Notes under the pieces: model-generated
What the model saw: the letters and a program-made list of their open reading frames with translations, nothing else
Told to the model about the DNA's origin: nothing
The model's database searches: none
Assembly: GCA_951406725.2 (NCBI GenBank)
Contig: OX597817.1
Location: 117,490,001-117,554,000, forward strand
Origin: Octopus vulgaris
Taxonomy: Eukaryota
Direction: 5' to 3'
Length of the DNA stretch: 64,000 bases
In this document: in pieces, positions 54,118-64,000 of the stretch
How the letters are laid out: the number at the start of each line of letters is the position of its first letter
How positions within the stretch are numbered: position 1 is the first letter of the stretch
Position numbers and translations under genes: made by a program

Positions 54118-56212
54118 CATCTCGCCTTTCTCTACAGCATTAAGAGGGGTTCTGTACCGCTGTCATGTTTGCTAGAAATAGAAACTAAATTCAATTATTT
54201 CTTATTTTATGAGAAGTAACCTAGGTACACATAAGAAATATGATTGTCATATTTGAAATGAATTTAATAATAGCTCAGGATGGCCAAGGCTGAATAACAA
54301 CAATAACAATAACAACAACAGGCAAAGAGAAAAGTAAATGAAGTAATATTTGCAACGTTAATATTAAAACCTGCAAGGAAATCCCTTTCAAATCATATCT
54401 TATCACATAAGAAACAAAGCAACGCATGGCATGCTGTGGGTATATTGCACCTGGCGAAAGCTAAGATCATGGTTGGATGGCCTTTGATAATCAATTTGCA
54501 TGATTTGAGATGAGTTTGTGTTGAAAAATGTGAATACATTACGAAATTTATAAACTGATACAATTTAACACTGTATGTGAGAACGTGCTTATGTTTCTCA
54601 GCCATGCAGAATCTTAGAATATCAAGAAAAATAGTTTGGTTCACTAAATGTTCTACACAGATCTACTCAAACTTCTCTGTGCGACACAGGAACAATAATA
54701 TTATTACAACATTTAAAAGATAACATATTCATAAGTTTGCTATTTTGCAGAGACAGTCTTTATCAGAATTTTTTAGATTGTTTTGTTCAGAAATATTTTC
54801 CTAAGTAGATAATGTACCATGTAGAACTCTCATATGGTTTCGACCTTCTAGATATAGCAGCCAATCTTCACTTTCATCAGATCACTACTTACCATCTTTC
54901 AAAACAAAACAAAAACATGAAGGCATACCGTAAAATATAAGCCACTCCTTAATTGGGGCGTAGGAGTGGCTATGTGGTAAGTAGCTTACTTACCGACCAC
55001 ATGGCTCGGGGTTCAGTCCCACTACGTGCCACCTTGGGCAAGTGTCTTCTACTATAGCCTCGGGCCGACCAAAGCCTTGTGAGTGGATTTGATAGACGGA
55101 AACTGAAAGAAGCCCGTCGTATGTATGTATATATATGTATGTGTGTGTATGTGTTTGTCCTCCCAACATCGCTTGACAACCGATGCTGGTGTGTTTAGGT
55201 CTCCGTAACTTAGCGGTTCGGCAAAAGAACCAATATAATAAGTACTAAGCTTACAAAGAATAAGTCCTGGGGTCGATTTGCTCGACTAAAGGTGGTGCTC
55301 AAGCATTGCCACAGTCAAATGACTGAAACAAGTAAAAGAGTAAAAGAGAGTAAGGTTTGATATAAAAGATGTGATGGTCAAAGGTGGAATACATTTGACC
55401 ACATATCTGCTCGATTAGGTCTTACTAAGGGCTAAATAATAATGCGAGCTGCCTTACCTTCACTGATCTAAAAGTATTTGTAGCAAAACGTAAATTCTCG
55501 ATGCTTTCTTACAAAATGTTTTCAGACTCTTTCTTTAGCTTGTTGTATTAAAAGGAAATAAATTTTCTAAAGAAGATGTAAGCTTTCGTTTCTTTCAGAA
55601 ATTGAAATGTAATTGTTGAGCGTACTTACTCATCTCGCCTTTCTCTACAGCATTAAGAAGGGGTTCTGTACCGCAGTCATGTTTGCTAGAAATAGAAACT
55701 AAATTCAATTATTTTTTATTTTATGAGAAGTAACCAAATGCTGTAGTCCTAGATACACATAAGAAATATGATTGTCATATGTGAGACGAATTTAATAATA
55801 GCTCAGGATGGCCAAGGCTGAATAACAACAATAACAATAACAACAACAGGCAAAGAGAAAAGTAAATGAAGTAATATTTGCAACGTTACTATTAAAACCT
55901 GCAAGGAAATCCCTTTCAAATCATATCTTATCACATAAGAAACAAAGCAACGCATGGCAAAGGTGGAATACATTTGACCACATATCTGCTCGATTAGGTC
56001 TTACTAAGGGCTAAATAATAATGCGAGCTGCCTTACCTTCACTGATCTAAAAGTATTTGTAGCAAAACGTAAATTCTCGATGCTTTCTTACAAAATGTTT
56101 TCAGACTCTTTCTTTAGCTTGTTGTATTAAAAGGAAATAAATGTTCTAAAGAAGATGTAAGCTTTCGTTTCTTTCAAAAATTGAAATGTAATTGTTAAGC
56201 GTACTTACTCAT
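54118..56212 (+). repeat. Complex local duplication A-X-B-A'-B'
   Basis: A 54118-54431 matches A' 55631-55959; B 55379-55633 matches B' 55958-56212. Confidence 0.9.
54957..55352 (+). mobile_element. SINE family B, young copy
   Basis: Closely matches 11773-12182 (reverse complement). (AGTAAAAG)n tail. Confidence 0.9.
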
Positions 56213-57129
56213 AATTGAAAATAAAAACACTCATTTTATTTTAGTCATTTATCTATTCTATTAATTTATTTCGCAAAATAGATACCTGTCATGATGATAC
56301 TACCAAAGACAAAAACTAAAAGAAACATCTAGAAGAATTGTTATGAACATTAGATAAATATTAAATATGAACAATAAGAAAAGTAGATGCAAAGCTAGAC
56401 ATATATCACACGTATATGAGACAAGGAGGACAAGAAGAAGTGGAAAAATCAATACATTTTATCACTTGCTGGTATAAGTTCGGAGATGCTACACACAAAG
56501 CTTATTGAAATAAACATAGATACACTTAGCGAAGCACAAGAGAATATATATTATAATAATCACAAGTAGAACTTTTCTTTTTCTTGTTACCATAAAATAT
56601 TTTAGGCAGATATTTTTCTTCATATTGCTCACTCAATGAATGGGATAGAAGAAACATTAAAACCTACCAAATTCTAATAGAATTAAATGAGTTAATGGTT
56701 ACCATGGTAAAAGCTGTGATATGTGGCTACAGTTGTAATCCTCATAGGACACACTGAAAGGCAAGCAGAGTGAGATTTTAAAAGAATTATATTAAGATTT
56801 AAAGCACAATAGGTACACCAGTATTTATAAAATAAATTGATACAGTGATACTATACTAAAAGTGTTCAAAATCTATTCACACAGAGGAAAAAAAGGTTTC
56901 CGATTCACCTGTAAAGGTAGTGAGTCGCAATAGATCCCATAAAGTTCCATTACTGAAAATTTCTGTTATTGAACATATTCATGGAATTGAAATCAGTAAT
57001 ATCACAATGGCAAGTATCCATAATGGGAAGAAGAAATTGAAAGAATTTCTGTCCAAGTTAACAACAAAGAAAGTTTATTTATATATGACAAGTCCGTCAT
57101 AAAAGTAATAGAAGTAGAAGATCACCAAT

Positions 57130-57361
57130 ATCTTGAACAAAATGTTCTGCCAACTTTATTCTATACAAAGGAAGATTTTCGCTGTGCTGACATTACATTT
57201 GATAAACCTCCAAATTGCTAAGCAACTAGCAACCAAAATTTCATGCTATATACGACAAGTTACGGCAAACACAATCGTTTTCAAAAAGGTACCAGTGATA
57301 CATAGCTCATCAATTCTCAGTGTTATACCACTCACAAATACACACGCACACATGCACATAC

Positions 57362-57416
<55 letters not shown>

Positions 57417-57900
57417 TATATTTGTTAACAAGAACTTGCGTTACATCCACCTTATAAAATACAATATTGCACTGGATCCAGCAATTTTTTGCTTGAACAA
57501 GCTCTTCTATATGCTGACTGTAAATTCTACGTTATTGATACAAGGGTTCCCGCATTCATTCGTATTCATAAACACGCCTATAGGTGGAATTCTTGTTTCT
57601 TACCTTTGTTGTTTTGAATAGCAGAGTTATAGTCGAAGGCTTTCCATTTATATTCATCCTGTACTTCACTCATGTACTGTGCATTTAGAATTGCATTCAC
57701 CAATGTATCTCACAGTTTTGAAGGAGTTTTCATAGCTAAATTTAGTACATAAAGCGATTCCTTAGCATGTTTCTCATTGGCTCAGTGCTTCTAAGTTGTG
57801 AACAAATGTTGAAAAGAAACCTGTATTTATCTTTTAGGAGATTGAAAGCACATTATCTTCAAACTTCGATTTTTATGGTGCAGTTTATACGTATTAGAAA
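57130..57900 (-). mobile_element. Possible decayed Helitron Rep/helicase relic
   Basis: Minus-strand remnants GFFSTF...EAL, AMKTPSKL*DTLVNAIL...YKWKAF and FGGLSNVMS occur in the order expected for RepHel. Interrupted by (CA)n. Confidence 0.35.
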
Positions 57901-58032
57901 AAAGACGAAACATAAGTCCTATAAATCATCATGCAATTTTGTTAAAACTACAGCCAGATTGCTCTCAAATGGCACTCTACTACCTTGCAAAGGAAAACAA
58001 AAACACAGAGAACATACATACACACATATATT

Positions 58033-58076
<44 letters not shown>

Positions 58077-58079
58077 CTA

Positions 58080-58142
<63 letters not shown>

Positions 58143-59650
58143 TGAGTTATATACTATATATTCACATAAATCACTGTGCTTCTACTGCTTTTGCAGGTAG
58201 TCCACAATACATATGAGAATTATGAAACTTAAGTGCTTGTTTGCATATGGATGAGCGCTTATATCTGTTGCTGTTGTTGTCATTTATCCAGTTAGCCATG
58301 ATGAAGTAGACTCAGATTGAAAGACAACCCAGCCATGGCGAACCGCTGTTTGTGTCAGATATAGCTTATGTGACAACATTAACCAATGTTTTTATTCCTT
58401 TTTAAGGTGACATGTGGTTGATGTGAGAGAGTTTTGGTCACTATTTCTATAAATTTCGTGTTCCATGTAGAGATACCTTCGTTAACTCATGTATTTTGCT
58501 TGACAAACTTGATCAGTTTAGCTAGGCGGTATATAGTGGTCGATAATGTTAGTGCGTGCAAGGTCCATAGTTCTTCGAGTGTTTTTAAAGATCTTCAGGA
58601 AGATGATAGAAAAGATGAAGTCCAGATTTAAGAGATAGGCCTCTGCTATGTGAAACAAGCAAGCGATAGGTTGCTTAGAAAAACCAATTCTACAGTCTAC
58701 GAATAGTTATACTTTAGAACACATGTGATTGTGGGTTCTCGATTACATACTCATCCCTGAAATAGTCACAGGGACTTTCGGGGCAGAGAATACTGTGTAC
58801 TAGGATGTAGGGTACATAGAAGTGGGAAATATAGAAAGGTTTAAATTTAGAGAGTACGCTGATTAAACTCGATGACGTTTCTTCTGAGTGTGAGATGATT
58901 TCCGTTCTTTAATGATTTGTATGTATGTTTCATTGATACCTGCTTCTTCTTATCCATATATGTCCTAGCTCTTTATTTATGAAAATTAAGGCCTTAATGT
59001 GAGTTGTACAACACGTTTTATTTGTCATAAAACCTTTGTAGCAAATCGAAAAGAAACATTTTTGGCCTTGAAAGCCATTACTGTTTTTATTATTCGCCTG
59101 TGAGTGAGCAGAATCACTAGCACGCCTGACAAAATGGTTACGATATTTTCTCTGTCTTTACATTCTGATTTCAAACTCTGCCGAATCCTACTTTACCTCT
59201 TAACTTTTTGTTGGTCAGTGAAATCGATTATCCCTCTTCCTCTAATGTCAAGCCTTGAACCTCTAATATAAAGGATTGTTATTGTAGCGGCAACATTCAT
59301 CAACCATCCGATGTTGCAATTTGCTAGAATATTACCCACGTTATCAACTAAATCTGATCATCATGACTTCTCGTGGAATAGCCTCTAGTGACAATTTCAA
59401 CTTTTGGCGTGCTCTTTCTGAGCCGATCAATCAGTATAAAATCGACAGAAAACTTTGGAATATAGCAATGAGAGCATGAAACACAGTAGAAACGACACGG
59501 TAGACGGACGGCGAACAGACGTAGGCAGCGGCTGAACCGAGCTGACATCTACATAATGATCTATCAGTGGTAGTAACACAACGCCTAGTAGTTGACTTTA
59601 TTAATACTATGACAATTGCACCAAGAACAATAACAAACAATCTCTTTTAA

Positions 59651-61966
59651 CCCATTAGTGCCCAATTTTTTCTTTAATTTATCTCCAAAAATCTTATTTT
59701 TATACAACTTTATCTGACACTAAATATATAAAAAAATATTATTACAATATGCTAAGAAAAATACATTTTTAGTTTGGTCCTTTTTTAAGGACCATGGGCA
59801 TATATAGTATCTTGTTCAAAAAGCAAGATTTTAAAAGTAGAATACGTGATTTCAAAAAGGAAAAGAAAAACAAGAAAGCATTCGTGTCTTTACTTATTAT
59901 TTCGAACGAAATGCATATTACTTAAAAAAAGGAATAAAAAGTAATTTGTTTTCTGAACAATCTAAATACAGTTTACTTCGAATGTCATTTCTTGAAACAT
60001 TCACCCATATGAAGACATCACATTTTACACATCGTTTTAAAACTTCTTTTTTTGTTGCAAAATACACATTTTCTGTGTTTCCCTCTCTCTGTTCTAATCA
60101 GGAATATGTCCAGTAGTAGAAAATCTAGTTTCTGGTAATACTTTTGAAGAAAATACCTTTGGCCGTCCCGACTTTTTGGGATCAGAACCAGAGGATAACT
60201 CCAAATAAGCTTGTGTAACTGAACTCTTGAAATCTAGTAATGTCAAAGCAATTCTGCATGCAAAACAATGTATAGTCCAGGAAATAACCATTGCAGCATC
60301 AAGGAAATTTGTGAATAGAATAAAGTACCACTTCTTAGATTAACGAAGTTGCGATACCTTTGGCATAGCCAGTCTAGGTGGTCGACACCTCCCATATATT
60401 TGTTATAATCGGATATGAGAAATGGCTGAGGAACAAATATTTCCTTTCTATGGCTGGTTGACCATCTTTTAGTATTTCCAACAGGGGTGGGAGACTGTGA
60501 TTGCTTGCGATTGTGAAAACGCTGTTGTCATGCCATTAAAAAAAGATTTTTTTTTCTTCAAATTTGTAGTCATAGGATCCACGATTTTCCTTTCTCAGGG
60601 ATTTGACATCCTTCAGGGGACATCTTAATGTTCTGTGTGAAAGCATTGTACCCGTCATTCTGATTCCTAAGGATTTCATTTTTACAACTTGAGAAAAAGT
60701 TGATATAAGTTTCATGATCATTGGGGTTCTCTAGGTGATTGGTCATTGATAAACCCACTCTTGAACCTAGACTGTCATCGTTCTTGGTATTGGAAGTAGA
60801 ATTTTCTTGCTGTCCTTCATATAAATCTATTCTAAAACAATAGCTACCCACTGCTTGAAACCAAATCTTATTGGCTTACCTCTTATAAATTGTTTTAGGG
60901 AGCTTCTTCCATTTTGACTTACTATCTATTCATCTACTGACAGTTTTTTAGAGAATATTTCGAACTGCTTGAACTTCTGGTTCAGAGCATTAGCTAAGTG
61001 GTCTAACTTTGAATCATTTATCATCTTTGTAGATTTATGCATTTTCATTGTCCACGAATAAAGAAACCTTTTGATGCTTAGAAATCTATTTCTTAGCATC
61101 GTTTTTCGAATAATCGGAATTTCAAGGTCTTCAGACACATACCTTTTTCTTTTAGGTTGTGTTAGTTCTTCTTCATTATCAAAACGATGAAGCTCAACAT
61201 TTCCTGGCACATCCTGTGAGATAAAGGTCGGATCTCTGTTCTCATCATCTAAAGTCTCATCATCAAAGTCTTCTTCATCAGTTAGTTCATCTACTGGCGA
61301 AGAAATTGCAACAATATCTATGAAGTTTTCATCACTAGGAGACTCATTTTCTTCTGCATAATTTACTGCTTCATGAAGTGAATAGAATGACTTAACTGAA
61401 TGATAGAAAACCATGGAAGAGTATCTGAAAATAAAACTAAAATAAGAATAACAAAGAAAGAAAATAACAAATAAAAAATATGTTTTTCACAGCTGTCAAT
61501 ACATAGAAAATGTTTACTGCATAAAAAAGTTTGCTCCTGCAAAGCATTTTCTCTTTTATGTAACATCCATTGAAAACAGAGAAAAGTGGAGTTCTAGTGA
61601 CAATGGTACTTGTATTAGGACCAAACTTTTAGAGCATGCTATATTTGAGCAAAATTAATTTCAAAGGACAGTTAGAACAATTATCTATACTATATACAAA
61701 TATGGGTTGAATATAAGTACTTCTTACCAAAAACATTTTGATTGAATCACAGTTGAAACTGAGTGTATCCTTTCCCTCAAGATTTTCACACTGTAATGAA
61801 AACTGAGACATCACTGTTGCTAATATACATCAGATATTATGTGTAATATTTGAAAGACACTCCAGTCTTGATAACTAACTAAAGATATCTCAGAAAAATA
61901 CAGATGTTGCAGAAATATGATAGGTTATCCTTCTGGTCCTAAAAAAGGACCATGGGCGCTAATGGG
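59651..61966 (-). mobile_element. piggyBac-superfamily DNA transposon, 2316 bp, decayed
   Basis: TTAA at 59647-59650 and 61967-61970. 14-bp TIRs CCCATTAGTGCCCA / TGGGCGCTAATGGG with one mismatch. Internal transposase remnants. Confidence 0.93.
59985..61414 (-). pseudogene. piggyBac (PGBD-like) transposase pseudogene
   Basis: Acidic N-terminus (DELTDEEDFDDE), then MLRNRFLSIKRFL, LSVDE followed by a stop, KQFIRGKPIRFGFK, DYNKYMGGVDHLDW, and a C-terminal Cys-rich remnant (RKCVFCNK...CK...CLH...CF). Multiple stops, frameshifts and internal deletions. Confidence 0.9.
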
Positions 61967-62224
61967 TTAACATTTATCCTTCATAGTAAGAATAGCGTTT
62001 GTTTTTGCTTGTGTACGAAAAGAATAAATGTTTGTTAAAAAAGAAAACTCAATTGATTTCATCGTTACTTTTAATCTGCATGTTTGTTACAATCACTTGC
62101 CGAGACACACCCAGCGTCCTAGAGCGAGTGAAGGATAAGAGCTGTTACAGTATGACGGAAAGCTTGGGAAGGTTAAGTGGCAGAGGTAGTAGCGAAATAT
62201 TTTCAAGCAATACAACACAGACAT

Positions 62225-63075
62225 TTAAACTGATATGGTTTTTCTAAGAATATGGGCAGTACTTGTCAGTATAATCTTTTGAATTTATCTGAGACATGGT
62301 TCTCCTAGGGTGTTATCTAGATGTTATCTAGTTTTTTCTGACAGGCCTTTTTTTATCATACCTAGGGCTTCCACAATAACAGGAACAGTTCTCGTTTTAA
62401 GATGCCACATATTTTCTATTTCAATTTGCAGGTTCTTATATTTACTTAATTTGTCAAGATTTTTACCGATATATTTTTATCAGTGGGAACACTTACATCT
62501 TTTAGTCTACTGATATTATTATTATTGAGTGAGAGAGCAGTGCATACCAGCAAAGTGACATTGGAGTAAAATATACGAAGCCCAGTATATCCATCATGGC
62601 TACCCGTCTGATAAGTTTACACCAGGCACATGCATCACAACCATATGTGCGCGACATGGTAATCTCATATTAAGAAAAACAGTGCATGACTTTGCAGGTG
62701 GGGCCCAGTTAGAATTTTCGTCTAGTCGAGTAGCCCATCCGGCTCAAAAGATGTCTGTATAAGGGTTGTTTAAGGATGATGAACGAAAGACGCATGTTTC
62801 CAAAGGGGAATTATCCAAACTCCAAAGAGTTCCTCTCAACATATGGGTATGATGCTCTCTCACTTCTGTTCGTGATCAGAGGTGCACATATCGTCAGCCA
62901 CTAAGGGACATTTGCAATTGGTTAAGGTCAAGCAACTGACATGCAAATCTGTGGTATTGAGCAGAATATTTGCTGTAACCCATCTTTTATAACCGAGACG
63001 AAACAATGTAAATGAAAACACTTCCAATCAGTTAAGATCAGAAGCCATTAGAGCCACTGCCTGGTACTGCAATGT
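62225..63075 (-). mobile_element. R4/Dong-like REL relic (62225-62512) plus adjacent (TAA)n-flanked repeat (62525-63075)
   Basis: LKDVSVPTDKNISVK/DKLSKYKNLQIEIENMWHLKTRTVPVIVEALGMIKKG...IQKIILTSTAHILRKTISV*. The segment 62925-62985 recurs inverted at ~26850-26908. Confidence 0.72.
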
Positions 63076-63093
63076 TATTATTATTATTGTTAT

Positions 63094-63185
<92 letters not shown>

Positions 63186-64000
63186 ATCTCGTGTATTTTG
63201 TTTACATCTGACTTCTAATAATCTTTGTAATCTACTACTTCATAGCGAGTCATTATAGTTCTTATACTGATTGGTTGCTATCCATATATATTTTCAAAAC
63301 GGAACAGTTCTTACTCTAAAACTTCAATTCGTTTCTCTTTATTTTTAATTTTCATTGACTTACTCTAAATGTATCTTTTTAACAAATCTTCATGTCAATT
63401 CTAATTAACCACGCATTAATTCTTAGTCACCTATTCAAACAAACATTACTTTTAATATATATGACTGATGTGACAATAAGCTAAATTGAAATCATGCTGT
63501 TTATATCTTTACGAATTTGTTTTCTAAAAAATATTGTGAATAAAATAAAAACAGTAAATGAAATAATTTTATTTTCTTTCTTAGCTCCTCTTCTCTCTCA
63601 TTCATTACTTTTAAAATAATGAAAAACTCTTTACTAATTAAAAGCAAAAATAAATTGTGTTTTCCACGAAAATAACCAATAAACACGTTTTTCTCATTGA
63701 ATCTTGGTCTGTCTTTCTATCTCGTCCTCATTTGCTTTTCTTCCGTAAAGAGAATATATTTACTAAAGATAAATAATATTAAGAAAAATATTTTCGCTAA
63801 GATAAGAACAAATTAAAAATCTATTATTTTTTTTTCTAATCAGATATCGCTTTCGAACTTATTGTCTTTATCAGTTCTGTTACAACTCCAGATTTAGTAC
63901 CATTTAGTTAGATATTTTCTATGGATTTCAACACTTTGATCTTACTTAATTAGAAAGAAAAGACATCTATAGGTGCTGGCATGGCTCTGTGTTTAAGACG

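Noticed and set aside
54825-54885. CTGATGA...CGAAAC on the minus strand
   Set aside because: Stem II and stem I cannot form; the segment appears to belong to an unrelated interspersed repeat.
59348-59548. ORF whose MSARFSRCLRLFAVRL segment resembles a mitochondrial presequence
   Set aside because: Short, stops before the nearby donor, and the Arg richness follows from local CpG content.

Overview
AT-rich, microsatellite-dense eukaryotic DNA with no convincing host protein-coding gene. The repeat content is most reminiscent of an octopod cephalopod genome; this is an inference from repeat style, not a database result. Almost all ORF-track entries are (TA)n/(TG)n/(TAC)n read-throughs or transposon relics. 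Well-supported elements: (1) a full-length DD34D mariner with TA TSD and a pseudogenised transposase (13304-14595); (2) a decayed piggyBac with TTAA TSDs (59651-61966); (3) at least four tRNA-derived SINE types, including a dimer, a nested copy and a module-swapped copy; (4) RTE-clade and R4/Dong-like LINE relics, one ending in three tandem C2H2 fingers; (5) local duplications. The most interesting region is 30.7-41.1 kb, a dense cluster of short fold-back elements, most embedded in (TA)n tracts. One carries an intact-looking Penelope-type hammerhead ribozyme (minus strand, 38426-38522), and its neighbour is a near-perfect 291-bp palindrome with a decayed hammerhead-like motif. Several minus-strand exon-like segments hint at a spliced non-coding transcript, but this is unproven.
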